A DNA stretch of 64,000 nucleotides from an uncultured Planctomycetaceae bacterium (GCA_964449435.1 CAYUYR010000003.1:45614-109613); one strand, 5' to 3'. Positions 27,986 through 38,745 are shown, numbered from the stretch's first letter. The notes: generated from the letters alone by a model not told the origin. A program made the numbers and translations.

Positions 27986-28363
27986 ATGGTACCGGAAGAT
28001 TTACTTTATACCAAAGACCATGAATGGGCGGAAGTTAAAGGCGATGTCGCAACGGTCGGCATAACCGACTACGCGCAGCATTCGCTTGGCGAGATTACGT
28101 TTGTCGAACTGCCCGCCGCTGGCAAACAATTAAATGTGCACGATGTCGCGGCAGTAGTGGAAAGCTCAAAGGCGGCCAGCGATATTTACAGCCCGCTGAA
28201 AGGACAAGTTGCCGAAGTTAACGATGAACTTTCAACTAAGCCTGAGCTTATAAATAAGGATTGCTATAAGACGGGCTGGATTTTCAAACTGAAAGTCGGC
28301 GCAGCCGATACGAAACATCTTATGAACGCCTCGCGGTACGAAGAATATCTTAAAACAATTTAG
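27986..28363 (+). CDS. gcvH: Glycine cleavage system H protein
   Basis: YTKDHEW, GITDYAQHSLG, VESSKAASD (lipoyl Lys). Confidence 0.97.
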   Translation: MVPEDLLYTKDHEWAEVKGDVATVGITDYAQHSLGEITFVELPAAGKQLNVHDVAAVVESSKAASDIYSPLKGQVAEVNDELSTKPELINKDCYKTGWIFKLKVGAADTKHLMNASRYEEYLKTI

Positions 28364-28375
28364 CATGAGATTAAA

Positions 28376-29707
28376 ATGCCTTTTATAGCAAATACGCCGG
28401 CGCAGCAGAAACAGATGCTTAAGGAAATCGGGCTTTCGGCAGAAGGACTGTTCGCCGATATTCCGAAGGAGTTTCTGGCAAAGCAATTCAATCTGCCCGC
28501 CGGAATGAGCGAATTCGAGGTTCGTAATCGTCTCGCGTCGCTTGCGGGCAAAAATTATATTGACCTGACGTGTTTTCTCGGCGGAGGATTTTACGACCAT
28601 TTTATTCCTGCCGCAGTTTATGCGATTGTAAGCAGAAGTGAATTTTATACCGCTTATACGCCTTATCAGCCGGAAATTTCACAGGGTACTTTGCAGGCGA
28701 TTTTCGAATATCAGTCTCTTGTTTGCAGGCTCGCGGAAATGGAGGCGGCAAACGCATCGCTGTACGACGGCGGGACGGCTTTGTACGAGGCGATGATGAT
28801 GGCGCTGCGGATTACGGGCAGAAATAAAATCCTTATCGACGACAGCGTTAATCCGATTTACCGCGTAATGCTGCAATCTTATACGAAAAATTTAAGTATC
28901 GAGCTTGAACAGACAAAAAACCAAGAAGGTCTTATTAACAGAAAACAGCTTTTAAACAAACTCGACGATAATACAGCGGCGGTGATTTTGCAGAATCCGA
29001 ACTTCTTCGGCTGCGTTGACGATTTTACGGATATTGCCGAGGCTGCCCATAAAAAAGGCGCACTCTTAATTGTTTCCTGTTATCCGATTTCGCTGGGGAT
29101 TTTGAAAACGCCCGGCGCGATGGGGGCCGATATCGTCGTCGGCGAAGGGCAGAGCCTCGGACTGCCGATGAATTTCGGCGGGCCGTATCTCGGATTTATG
29201 GCGACGAAAAAAGATTATGTGCGAAAAATGCCGGGCAGAATTGTCGGCAGAACAAAAGATAACAAAGACAGAACAGGATTTGTATTAACCCTGCAGGCCC
29301 GCGAGCAGCACATTCGGCGCGATAAGGCGACATCGAATATCTGCTCCAACGAAGCACTTTGTGCGCTGACAGCTCTTGTATATATGTCGCTGCTCGGCAA
29401 AGAGGGCTTGAAAGAAACGGCTCAGTTGTGCGCCGACAAGGCAAGTTATGCCTGGCAGAAGCTGACTTCGATTAAAGGCATAAAGCCGCGTTTCGAGGCG
29501 AAGTGGTTCTTTAACGAATTTGTAATTGATTTGCCGACAAACGCCGCCGAGACGGCAGGCAAACTGATTGAAAAAGGTTTCGCGGCAGGATTTCCGCTGA
29601 GCAGATATTACGAAGGAATGGAAAATTCGCTGCTCATCGCCGTTACAGAAAAACGAACCAAACAGCAAATCGGTATGCTCGCTGAATCACTGGAGTCTGT
29701 GCTATGA
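28376..29707 (+). CDS. gcvPA: Glycine dehydrogenase subunit 1
   Basis: FYTAYTPYQPEISQGTLQ, NASLYDG, QNPNFFG, REQHIRRDKATSNICSN. Confidence 0.97.
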   Translation: MPFIANTPAQQKQMLKEIGLSAEGLFADIPKEFLAKQFNLPAGMSEFEVRNRLASLAGKNYIDLTCFLGGGFYDHFIPAAVYAIVSRSEFYTAYTPYQPEISQGTLQAIFEYQSLVCRLAEMEAANASLYDGGTALYEAMMMALRITGRNKILIDDSVNPIYRVMLQSYTKNLSIELEQTKNQEGLINRKQLLNKLDDNTAAVILQNPNFFGCVDDFTDIAEAAHKKGALLIVSCYPISLGILKTPGAMGADIVVGEGQSLGLPMNFGGPYLGFMATKKDYVRKMPGRIVGRTKDNKDRTGFVLTLQAREQHIRRDKATSNICSNEALCALTALVYMSLLGKEGLKETAQLCADKASYAWQKLTSIKGIKPRFEAKWFFNEFVIDLPTNAAETAGKLIEKGFAAGFPLSRYYEGMENSLLIAVTEKRTKQQIGMLAESLESVL

Positions 29708-29709
29708 AA

Positions 29710-29751
29710 CTTGTCATTCTGAACGAAGCGCAGCGCAGTGAAGAATCTCGT
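29710..29751. repeat. REP-like palindromic repeat (GTCATTCTG..GAAGAATCT), copy 1
   Basis: CTTGTCATTCTGAACGAAGCGCAGCGCAGTGAAGAATCTCGT; related copy at 34684. Confidence 0.8.
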
Positions 29752-29768
29752 TTGAAAGAAGGTGCGGG

Positions 29769-31214
29769 ATGAAACTGATATTCGAAAAAAGTATGCAGGG
29801 ACGCAAAGGCGTAATGCCGCCTGTGAGCGATGTTCCGACGACAATACATATAAAGAAAGAATTTTTAAGAGATTCAGATGCGGCTTTGCCGGAGTTGAGC
29901 GAGCTTGATGTTGTGAGACATTTTACGGAACTGTCGCGGCGGAATTTCGGCGTCGATACGAATTTCTATCCGCTCGGCTCGTGCACGATGAAATATAATC
30001 CCAAAGTCGCTGAGAGAATTGCCTCTTATCCGGGCTTTGCTCATCTTCATCCTCTTATGCCGCAGTTGCGGATGGGTGGAATGCTGACGCAGGGTGCTCT
30101 TGAAGTTTTGTACGATATGGATAAATTCCTTTGCGAAATAACGGCGATGGCGGGTTTTACAATGCAGCCGATGGCCGGGGCGCACGGGGAACTTACGGGC
30201 ATAATGATTATGGCGGCCTATCATCGCGACAAAGGCAATAAAAAAACTACGATTCTAATTCCCGACAGCGCACACGGCACAAATCCGGCAAGCGCAGCAA
30301 TCGCAGGATATAAAGTCGTCTGTGTGCCGTCCGATAAGGACGGTATGATGGATGTTGGGGAATTGAAAAAATTGGTCAATTCCGAAACGGCGGGTCTGAT
30401 GCTCACTTGTCCGAATACGCTCGGCATTTTTGAAAAGAATATCAAACAAATCTGCGAAATTATTCATTCCGTTGACGGCCTTTGCTATTATGACGGCGCC
30501 AATCTCAACGCTATTGTCGGCAAGGCTCGGCCGGGCGATTTCGGATTCGATATCGTTCATCTGAATTTGCACAAAACTTTCGCCACCCCTCACGGCGGGG
30601 GCGGGCCGGGAGCGGGGCCGGTCGGAGTTGTCGAAAAACTGCTCGATTTTCTGCCGGTCTCACTCGTCGTCAAAAGAGACGATGGAACTTTCGCGCTCAA
30701 ATACGACAAGCCAAAATCCATCGGATACATCGCACCGTTTTACGGCAATTTTGCGATAATCCTGCGGGCTTATGTCTATATCCTTCTGCTCGGAAAAGAC
30801 GGCTTAAAACGCGTCGCCGAAAACGCGGTTTTGAACGCAAATTACATAAAGGAAAAACTCAAGGCTTATTACGACCTGCCATATCCGCAAACCTGCAAAC
30901 ATGAATGCGTTTTCAGCGCATCGAAACAAATCGAAAACGGCATTCACGCAATCGACATAGCAAAGGGACTAATCGACAGAGGATTACATCCGCCGACAGT
31001 TTATTTCCCGACGATTGTAAAAGAATCGATAATGATTGAACCGACCGAGACCGAAAGCAAAGAAACGCTCGATGCGTTTATCGAGACGATGATTGAACTT
31101 GCGAAAATCGCAGAGGACAAACCGGAAAAACTCAAGGCCGCCCCGATTACCACGCCCGTCGGCAGATTGGACGAGACAGCGGCTGCTAAAAACGTCGATA
31201 TAGCGGAACTGTAG
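29769..31214 (+). CDS. gcvPB: Glycine dehydrogenase subunit 2
   Basis: YPLGSCTMKYNP, SAHGTNPAS, HLNLHKTF (PLP Lys), PHGGGGPG, IEPTETE. Confidence 0.97.
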   Translation: MKLIFEKSMQGRKGVMPPVSDVPTTIHIKKEFLRDSDAALPELSELDVVRHFTELSRRNFGVDTNFYPLGSCTMKYNPKVAERIASYPGFAHLHPLMPQLRMGGMLTQGALEVLYDMDKFLCEITAMAGFTMQPMAGAHGELTGIMIMAAYHRDKGNKKTTILIPDSAHGTNPASAAIAGYKVVCVPSDKDGMMDVGELKKLVNSETAGLMLTCPNTLGIFEKNIKQICEIIHSVDGLCYYDGANLNAIVGKARPGDFGFDIVHLNLHKTFATPHGGGGPGAGPVGVVEKLLDFLPVSLVVKRDDGTFALKYDKPKSIGYIAPFYGNFAIILRAYVYILLLGKDGLKRVAENAVLNANYIKEKLKAYYDLPYPQTCKHECVFSASKQIENGIHAIDIAKGLIDRGLHPPTVYFPTIVKESIMIEPTETESKETLDAFIETMIELAKIAEDKPEKLKAAPITTPVGRLDETAAAKNVDIAEL

Positions 31215-31447
31215 GAAAAGAATACAGAAACCCGGATTCAGAATAAAAATCCGAAGCACTAAATTCGAAATAACTTAAACGTCGAATAATGAGCCGCCCC
31301 GCCATTCCGCGTGAGGTGGATAAAAAGGGGGTGAATTTCACATCCAGCAGGGTAAGCATTTCTCGTGTTGAAATTCCATTAACATTCGAACAAATAATCT
31401 GGTAAAATACTTTTATTATGTGTATATCTGCAAATGGAAATTAGACA

Positions 31448-32542
31448 ATGAGTAATTTGCCGCAAGAGATATTTGAGAATTGTGTTTTGCCAGACAACGA
31501 TTTTCAAAATCTGCCGAGTACGGCAGGTTTTGTTCTTTTCGCAGACAGCCAAAACCAACCCATAACACTTCTAACAACAGCTAATATCAAAAGGACGGTA
31601 AAGACCAAACTCGCTGAGAAAATAGAGGTCGGCAAAAGAGCGGACCTGAAAAGTATCACCGCAAAAATATATTACACCCCCCGCCGATGTAAATTTCGAT
31701 TAGCAATAAAATATTACGACGCCGTCAGGAAAATATTCGGAGAAAATTATAAAGAATATATAAAACTTGTCCTGCCGTGGTTTATCAAAATAGATTTGGG
31801 CGAGAAAATCCCGTCTTTCTCAATTACCAAAAAACCGATATTTAAAACCGCAGAGGAAATCATCGGGCCTTTTGCAGGGCAAAAGGCGGCAACGGCATTT
31901 CTCAAAACGCTTGAAGACGCTTTCAGACTTTGCAAGAGAAACGATATTGTAAATAGTCCCGCTCTGGCGAAAAGCTGTCCGTATCTGCAGATGGACGCCT
32001 GCGTGGGAGTCTGCGGCAATAAAATCGACACAGCAGATTACAAAAGTTTATTAAGAGAGGCTTTCGAGGCGGGCTGCAAGCCGGCAGAGGCAATAGAAAA
32101 AATCGAGTTCGAAATGCAGACGGCATCGAAAGAATTAAATTTTGAAAGGGCGGCAGCGTTAAAGAAAAGGATAGAAAAACTGTCGGCTTTAAAAAAACAA
32201 ACTTACAGATGGACGGGGGATTTGAAAAAATTAAAAATTGTACATATAGATAAATCCGGGAAAATCAGAGCAAAAGGCATAAGAGCAAAAGTGCAAATGT
32301 ATGCGGTGTTTGCGATTGATTTTTTCAATATAAACGACCTCGGCGATTTTTCGATAGACGAGCCTGATTTAATTTACGATGCAATCAGTAAAAATCCCGG
32401 CACTTCCCCGAAAAATGTTTCCGATGAAATGATTGAGCGGTTTTCGCTTGTGTCGTATTTTCTTTATCGCAGCAAGCCGGCGGGGATGTGGATAAACGCC
32501 AGCGAACGATTCGATAGAGAAGAGATTCATTTCGGAGTATAA
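31448..32542 (+). CDS. Truncated UvrC-like protein (degenerate GIY-YIG, Cys cluster, UVR domain)
   Basis: LPSTAGFVLF..., IIGPF, LCKR..CPYLQMDACVGVC, MQTASKELNFERAAALK. Confidence 0.75.
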   Translation: MSNLPQEIFENCVLPDNDFQNLPSTAGFVLFADSQNQPITLLTTANIKRTVKTKLAEKIEVGKRADLKSITAKIYYTPRRCKFRLAIKYYDAVRKIFGENYKEYIKLVLPWFIKIDLGEKIPSFSITKKPIFKTAEEIIGPFAGQKAATAFLKTLEDAFRLCKRNDIVNSPALAKSCPYLQMDACVGVCGNKIDTADYKSLLREAFEAGCKPAEAIEKIEFEMQTASKELNFERAAALKKRIEKLSALKKQTYRWTGDLKKLKIVHIDKSGKIRAKGIRAKVQMYAVFAIDFFNINDLGDFSIDEPDLIYDAISKNPGTSPKNVSDEMIERFSLVSYFLYRSKPAGMWINASERFDREEIHFGV

Positions 32543-32611
32543 TCTTGACTGGGAAAATGGTTTGATTATAATATTTGGCTGATTGTAAAACATTAAAGAA
32601 TAAGGGTTTAT

Positions 32612-34300
32612 ATGGCCTTGGAAAACGAAGGGCAGCAGAAGCTTGATTTTGTGCGGCAGATTGTCGCTGACGACTGCAAGAGCGGCAAGTGGGACGGCAG
32701 GGTTGTAACGAGATTTCCGCCCGAGCCGAACGGCTATCTGCATATCGGACACGCAAAGAGCATCTGCCTTAATTTCGGAATAGCGGCTGAGTTTGGCGGA
32801 AAATGCCATCTGCGGTTCGACGATACCAATCCGGAAAAGGAAGAGCAGGAATACGTCGATTCGATTATCGAAGATGTAAAATGGCTCGGCTGGGACTGGG
32901 ACAAGAATCTTTTCTTCGGGTCGGATTATTTTCAGCAGATGTACGACTGGGCGAGCGAGCTGGTGAAAAAAGGCAAGGCTTATGTCTGCGACCTGACGGC
33001 TGAGCAAACCAGAGAATACCGCGGCGGAATAGAGGGAGGCAAAAACAGTCCGTACCGCAACCGCAGCGTTGAGGAAAATCTCGACCTGCTTGAGAGGATG
33101 CGGAAGGGAGAATTTCCGGACGGGACAAAAACGCTTCGCGCAAAAATCGATATGTCTCATCCGAATTTTAATATGCGCGACCCTGTGATGTATCGAATTG
33201 TTCACGCATCACATCACCGCACGGGCGATAAGTGGTGCATTTATCCGATGTACGACTGGGCGCACGGGCTGGAAGATTCGATTGAAAAAATTACGCATTC
33301 AATATGCACGCTCGAATTTGAAAATCACCGGCCTTTGTACGACTGGTTTCTTAATGAGCTTGGGATTTATCATCCGCAGCAGATTGAATTCGCACGGCTG
33401 AATCTTACATATACGGTTATGAGCAAGCGAAAACTGCTGAAACTTGTGCAGGATAAACTTGTGGCCGGCTGGGACGACCCGCGTATGCCGACGATTTGCG
33501 GAATGAGACAGCGGGGATATTCGCCGGCGGCAATAAGAAATTTCTGTACGAAAATCAGCGTAAATAAATTCAACAGTACAATCGATTTCGCCCTGCTGGA
33601 GCATTGTCTTCGCGAAGATTTGAATAAAACTTCGCCTCGCGTAATGGCGGTGCTTAATCCGCTAAAGGTTGTGCTCGAAAATTATCCCGAAGGAAAGGTC
33701 GAAACTCTCGATGCGATAAATAATCCGGAAGATGCGGCGGCAGGGAACAGACAAGTCCCATTCTCAAGAGAAATTTACATTGAGCGGGACGATTTTATGG
33801 AGGATGCTCCGAAAAAATTCTTCCGGCTGGCTCCCGGCAGAGAAGTTCGGCTGCGGTACGCGTATTTTATTACCTGCCGCGACGTAATAAAGGATTCGGC
33901 AGGGAATATTACAGAGCTGCGATGTACTTACGACCCTGCGACGCGGGGCGGAGATTCGCCGGACGGCAGAAAGGTCAAATCAACACTTCACTGGGTTTGT
34001 GCCAAAAACGCAATTAACGCAGAAGTGAGACTTTACGAACATCTGTTTACAAAGGAAAATCCGGACGAGACGGAAGAAGGCAAAGATTTTACGGCATATC
34101 TTAATCCGAATTCACTAACGAAACTGACGGGGTGCAAGGTCGAGCCTTATCTGAAAGACGCAAAGGCTTTAAGCCGCTGGCAGTTTGAGAGGTTAGGTTA
34201 TTTTTGTGTTGACCCCGACAGCAAATCCGATAAATTGATTTTCAACCGCACGGCAATGCTCCGCGATGAGTGGGTAAAAATCAAAAATGTCGAGAAATAG
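32612..34300 (+). CDS. glnS: Glutamine--tRNA ligase
   Basis: [54 protein letters not shown]. Confidence 0.98.
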   Translation: MALENEGQQKLDFVRQIVADDCKSGKWDGRVVTRFPPEPNGYLHIGHAKSICLNFGIAAEFGGKCHLRFDDTNPEKEEQEYVDSIIEDVKWLGWDWDKNLFFGSDYFQQMYDWASELVKKGKAYVCDLTAEQTREYRGGIEGGKNSPYRNRSVEENLDLLERMRKGEFPDGTKTLRAKIDMSHPNFNMRDPVMYRIVHASHHRTGDKWCIYPMYDWAHGLEDSIEKITHSICTLEFENHRPLYDWFLNELGIYHPQQIEFARLNLTYTVMSKRKLLKLVQDKLVAGWDDPRMPTICGMRQRGYSPAAIRNFCTKISVNKFNSTIDFALLEHCLREDLNKTSPRVMAVLNPLKVVLENYPEGKVETLDAINNPEDAAAGNRQVPFSREIYIERDDFMEDAPKKFFRLAPGREVRLRYAYFITCRDVIKDSAGNITELRCTYDPATRGGDSPDGRKVKSTLHWVCAKNAINAEVRLYEHLFTKENPDETEEGKDFTAYLNPNSLTKLTGCKVEPYLKDAKALSRWQFERLGYFCVDPDSKSDKLIFNRTAMLRDEWVKIKNVEK

Positions 34301-34371
34301 CCACAGAAACATTTTAAATATTTTTTTAGCCACAGAGCGGCTGTGTTTAATTTCAACTGCTTTTCCATTAG

Positions 34372-34640
34372 TTATGCTTGACTGTCCTCGGCCATCAGTT
34401 CCACCAATGGCATCCAGAAATCGCCTATAAGTATAATTCGGTTTCGCCGGATTAATAAAGCCTTTGTTTGTCAACTCCCAAAGCTCGGCCAACTCGAGCA
34501 TTGTCCCCGTCATATCCGCCGTTAGCAATTATGAATCCCGCCTGTGCGCACAATTTGCCCAGTTCGTATGCAAGCTCAAAAACGCTGTCTCCGTCTTTAA
34601 CCCTGCTCGTTCCGAATATTGTTATGACTTTTTCATTCAT
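34372..34640 (-). pseudogene. LOG / Rossmann nucleotide-binding family pseudogene
   Basis: MNEKVITIFGTS..AYELG..ANGGY | internal deletion and frameshift | TGTMLELAELWEL..KP | frameshift | IILIGDFWMPLVE*. Confidence 0.75.
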
Positions 34641-34683
34641 AGTTTTGTTTAGTCTCCACTCGCCAATCTCGTCATTCGCCAAT

Positions 34684-34752
34684 CTTGTCATTCTGAGCGC
34701 AGCGAAGAATCTCGTATTCAAAGTTCGACGTTCAATGTTGGATGTTGGACGT
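34684..34752. repeat. REP-like palindrome copy 2 followed by heptamer repeats
   Basis: CTTGTCATTCTGAGCGCAGCGAAGAATCTCGT then gttcgac gttcaat gttggat gttggac. Confidence 0.75.
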
Positions 34753-34784
34753 TAAAATAAAATTATCTTCGTATCTTACTGCCT

Positions 34785-36734
34785 CTAACCTTTCGTGTAG
34801 TTAAGCAAACCTCCTGCCAATAGAATACCTCTGTCTCTGTCGGAAATATTCAGACTGCATTTGAATTCAACTCCTGCCGTTTTATCTTTTACGACAACCG
34901 AATCTGCCGACTTGAGCGCATCGTTAAGATTTTTCACTTCAAGCTCATCGTCAGCGCTGATTTTATTGTAATCCGCCGCATTCTCGAACTCCACCGGCAG
35001 AACCGCGAAGTTAATCAGATTGGCCTTATGAATTCTCTCGATACTCTTTGCGATGAGCATTTTAACGCCTAAATACATCGGACAAAGCGCAGCGTGCTCT
35101 CTGCTCGAACCCTGCCCGTAGCTTTCCGCCGCGACAACAATGCCGCCGATTCCCTTTTTCTTCAGTTCAAGCCCTCTTTCTGCGAAGCTCGGCTTTCCCT
35201 CCTTGTTGAAGCAGTTAAAGACGTATTTCGAATATTCCGGCACATTCGAGCGGTATTTCAAAAACACCCCAGCGGGCATAATATGGTCGGTCGTGATTTT
35301 ATCGCCGCATTTGAGCAGAACTTTCCCGCTCAGATTATCAGGCAGTTTTTTGGCCGCTTCCGGAACAACTATTGTCGGCCCGCGAAGAACTTTTATTTTT
35401 TTCGCCTCGTCCGCCGCCAATGGCTTTTGAATCATATTATCATCGACGGTAAACTCGAACGGCATTTCTACTTTTGGAAATTCTATTCCGCTTTTTTGCG
35501 GCTCGACAATTTCACCCTTCAGTGCGGTGATGACCGCCGCTTCCGGACTTACCAAAAATACCGTATCGTTTTTCGTTCCCGTTCTGCCGGCGAAGTTTCT
35601 ATTGAATGTCCGGACCGAAACGACCCCGTCGGCGGGCGAAAACCCCTGTCCGATACAGGGCCCGCACGCCGATTCTAATATTCTTGCCCCTGCCTTAACA
35701 ATATCCGCAAGGGCACCGTTATCCGCAAGCATACCCATCACCTGTTTGCTTCCCGGCGCGATTGCGAATTCGACATCCGGATGAATCGTTTTGCCTTTAA
35801 GTATTTTTGCCACCGTCATAAGGTCGGTAAAGCTCGAATTTGTACAACTGCCGATAATCACTTGGCTCACTTTTGTCCCCGCCAGTGATTTGAGCGTCTT
35901 GACATTATCCGGCGAAGGCGAACACGCCGCCATCGGCTCTAATTTCGACAAATCTATTTCGATTACCTTATCGTATTCGCAGCCCTCGTCCGCCGCCAAA
36001 GGCTGATAATCTTTTTCCCTGCCCTGCGCAGCGAGAAATTTTCGCGTTTGTTCGTCAGATGGGAATACGCTCGTTGTTACGCCCAGTTCTGCCCCCATAT
36101 TCGTTACGGTCGCTCTTTGCGGCACGGTCAATGTCGAAACTCCCTCCCCGAAATATTCCACTACACATCCGACGTTTCCTTTCGTCGTCAGGATGCTTAA
36201 TAGTTTAAGAATTATATCTTTACTCGCCGTCCATTTCGCAAGCGAACCCGACAGTTTAACTCCGATTACTTTCGGACAGGCCAGGTAAAATGCTCCGCCT
36301 CCCATCGCCACCGCAACATCGAGTCCTCCCGCCCCAATCGCCAGCATCCCAATCCCGCCTCCCATCGGCGTATGTGAATCGCTGCCGAGAAGCGTCGCGC
36401 CGGGTTTGCCGAATCTTTCTAAATGTACCTGATGGCAGATTCCATTCCCAGGCCGGGAAAAATACACTCCCGTTTTCGCAGCCGCCGTTTGCAGATAAAT
36501 ATGGTCGTTATGATTCTCCGGCCCGAATTGGCTCATATTATGGTCGATATAGCTCACCGACAAATCCGTTTTTACCTGCTCGACCCCCATCGACTCGAAC
36601 AATAGAAACGCCGTCGTTCCCGTTGCGTCCTGCGTTAGCGTCTGGTCGATTTTTATCCCGATTGAGCTGCCCGTGTCCAGCTTCCCGTCAATTAAGTGTT
36701 TTTCGAGGATTTTATATGTTAGTGTCTTTGCCAA
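34785..36734 (-). CDS. Aconitate hydratase (single-chain aconitase family)
   Basis: QDATGT, GICHQV, GSDSHT, IGSCTN, ACGPCIG, TFNRNF, ITTDHI, YGQGSSREHA. Confidence 0.93.
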   Translation of the reverse strand: MAKTLTYKILEKHLIDGKLDTGSSIGIKIDQTLTQDATGTTAFLLFESMGVEQVKTDLSVSYIDHNMSQFGPENHNDHIYLQTAAAKTGVYFSRPGNGICHQVHLERFGKPGATLLGSDSHTPMGGGIGMLAIGAGGLDVAVAMGGGAFYLACPKVIGVKLSGSLAKWTASKDIILKLLSILTTKGNVGCVVEYFGEGVSTLTVPQRATVTNMGAELGVTTSVFPSDEQTRKFLAAQGREKDYQPLAADEGCEYDKVIEIDLSKLEPMAACSPSPDNVKTLKSLAGTKVSQVIIGSCTNSSFTDLMTVAKILKGKTIHPDVEFAIAPGSKQVMGMLADNGALADIVKAGARILESACGPCIGQGFSPADGVVSVRTFNRNFAGRTGTKNDTVFLVSPEAAVITALKGEIVEPQKSGIEFPKVEMPFEFTVDDNMIQKPLAADEAKKIKVLRGPTIVVPEAAKKLPDNLSGKVLLKCGDKITTDHIMPAGVFLKYRSNVPEYSKYVFNCFNKEGKPSFAERGLELKKKGIGGIVVAAESYGQGSSREHAALCPMYLGVKMLIAKSIERIHKANLINFAVLPVEFENAADYNKISADDELEVKNLNDALKSADSVVVKDKTAGVEFKCSLNISDRDRGILLAGGLLNYTKG

Positions 36735-36810
36735 TTTTTAACTCCCGTCTTTCTATCAGTTAAAACGACAATTCTAATACCAAATGCAGTGATTTTCAAC
36801 ATATAATCCG

Positions 36811-36833
36811 AGCCCCGAGCGTCAGCGATGGGT
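36811..36833. repeat. Single short REP-like hairpin
   Basis: AGCCCCGAGCGTCAGCGATGGGT in a divergent spacer. Confidence 0.4.
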
Positions 36834-36924
36834 CATTTAATTCGGTTAGCGCGGGATAAACGTATTGATGGGTAAACTCATTCCCCTTTTATATTTCCGC
36901 CATTCGGGTACAATATCGCTCGAT

Positions 36925-37374
36925 ATGCTGTACAAAATCCTTGCAGATTTGCTCGTCGTTATCCATTTTATTTGGATATTGTTTATGCTGTGGGGTTTTA
37001 TCCTTACCCTCTCCGGCTCATTTACCCTCTATTTCCTGCACACTGCCGCCGAAAGACGGCCCTCTTTTTTCGACAGATGGCTCTTCAGAACCATTCATCT
37101 GTCCGGCATACTTTACGTCGCCGTCCTGACCATTTTCGGAAAATATTGTCCTTTGACCATCTGGGAGAACCAATTAAGGGCAAGGCACGCTCCGCATCTT
37201 AAATATCCGGCCTCGTTCGTAATCCATTACATCGAAAAGCTCGTTTATCCAGACGCCGATTTCCTCCTGTTCGTAATACCGACAATGATTATCGCTCTTT
37301 TCACCCTGATAATGTTCGTACTCAAACCACCCGCAAAAATAAAACAGCTTACCCGCTATTTATTCAAAATCTAA
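36925..37374 (+). CDS. DUF2784 family membrane protein
   Basis: ADLLVVIHF, IHL, CPLTIWENQLR, SFVIHYIEKLVYP. Confidence 0.85.
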   Translation: MLYKILADLLVVIHFIWILFMLWGFILTLSGSFTLYFLHTAAERRPSFFDRWLFRTIHLSGILYVAVLTIFGKYCPLTIWENQLRARHAPHLKYPASFVIHYIEKLVYPDADFLLFVIPTMIIALFTLIMFVLKPPAKIKQLTRYLFKI

Positions 37375-37527
37375 AATTTCTCACACCCAATCCCCACTAC
37401 TAAACTCATTACATAACCTAACCCCCACAACCCTCGTTTCTCCCTATAAGATGCCCCTAAGGCACTATCTCATCCGCCGTTAATCCTTAAAGTAAATCCC
37501 CGCTTTTCTTATAACGATATAAGGCTT

Positions 37528-37665
37528 TCATTTGCCTTTGGCGAGCTTGATTTTGCGAAACGCTATGCCGAATTTTTTCTTCCTGTGTTTGAGCAGAAAA
37601 TAAACAATTGGTTTTTCGATAAACGTCGGATAGTGAAAATTAAAACTGACATTGATTTTGGACAT
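37528..37665 (-). pseudogene. 45-aa ORF, probable N-terminal remnant of an HNH/AP2-type endonuclease gene
   Basis: Strong SD AGGAGGAG; MSKINVSFNFHYPTFIEKPIVYFLLKHRKKKFGIAFRKIKLAKGK* recalls the FRRI.LT.GK start of HNH-AP2 proteins (from memory). Confidence 0.5.
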
Positions 37666-37705
37666 AGCGTCTCCTCCTAATATATTGTGTAAAAAAATTG
37701 TTAAT

Positions 37706-37791
37706 CGGTTGCAGTTGCGCAGCTCGTACCTATGGCATAAATCACGGTTGCGTTTAACGGTGGACGAAATACGAAACGAGCCGCGTTACCG
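37706..37791 (+). repeat. ~100-nt nested-palindrome element, copy B (degenerate)
   Basis: CGGTTGCAGTTGCGCAGCTCGTAC...CGGTTGCGT...ACGAAACGAGCCGCGTTACCG. Confidence 0.75.
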
Positions 37792-37995
37792 ATAAACGGA
37801 GCATGCAAAAGTTAGCTTTTTGCATAACTTTTGTATACATTATACCATATTCCCAACAAAAAGTCAAGAAAATAGCCACTAAGGCACTAAGACATAAATA
37901 AGGGTTTAAAAAGGATTTAATAGAAATGGAAATGCGGTTTTTTGAGGAAAAATGGGAAGTTTAATTGTCATTCCTTGGTAATATTAAACTCGAAC

Positions 37996-38745
37996 TTAAT
38001 TTTTTTGATCAAGGTCTAAATTTCCGCTGTTAAATTCTACAAGTTTTTTCCAATTAATTGTGCCGTTACTGCAAAACTTCGTCATAAACTCCTGCGTAAA
38101 TGAATTTATAACCTTTCCTTTTTGTTTGACAAAGGTATCGTTGTGCTGTTTTGCCCTGTAACCTAGAGGTTCAATAATATCGGTGTAAAGGTCTTCGTTT
38201 TCACTCATAAGATACCAGAAATTCTGACCCACAACTTTCATATAACCCCTTAAAAAAGTCGTTCTAGTCTTACCATAGCAAATACCAAGTACCGGTTGTA
38301 CGTTCAATTTGCGGTTGTTCTGTTTTACAACTCGAACGGCTATCTGAAAATCTTGTTGTTGCTTATTTTGTTGAGCATTGTTCCCCCAGTTCGGACCAGA
38401 TTTTACAGAAACCAAATATAAAGTATCTTTGTTCATAAACTCAATATCAATGCCCGTTGCAGCAGATTTACGACCTTGACAAGTTTTGAGGGAAATGAAA
38501 ACTGCAAGCCTTTCAAGAAAATCACCGAAAATTTTCTCCTCTGAAGAAGATAAATAGGCATCGAGAATGTTGCCTATTAAATCACTCGCGACAATTATAT
38601 TCTTTGCACGAAAGAGATAAGGATTCTTTTTTTTCAACACATCCTTAAGTTTCAGAGACTTAAGGACTTTGAGCTTGTTATCGTGAAAAACACAAATATT
38701 TTTATTAACAAATTTTTTTACATCGTTGAGATTCAGCTTTTCCAT
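37996..38745 (-). CDS. Type II restriction endonuclease, EcoO109I-like PD-(D/E)xK family
   Basis: KNPYLF, SSSEEKIFGDFLE, GIDIEF, VSVKSGPNWGN; overlaps the MTase stop; AT-rich. Confidence 0.8.
   Translation of the reverse strand: MEKLNLNDVKKFVNKNICVFHDNKLKVLKSLKLKDVLKKKNPYLFRAKNIIVASDLIGNILDAYLSSSEEKIFGDFLERLAVFISLKTCQGRKSAATGIDIEFMNKDTLYLVSVKSGPNWGNNAQQNKQQQDFQIAVRVVKQNNRKLNVQPVLGICYGKTRTTFLRGYMKVVGQNFWYLMSENEDLYTDIIEPLGYRAKQHNDTFVKQKGKVINSFTQEFMTKFCSNGTINWKKLVEFNSGNLDLDQKN

Noticed and set aside
37528-37530. TGA readthrough or selenocysteine in the 45-aa ORF
   Set aside because: The downstream frame closes after ~15 codons and no SECIS-like hairpin or Cys-equivalent context is evident
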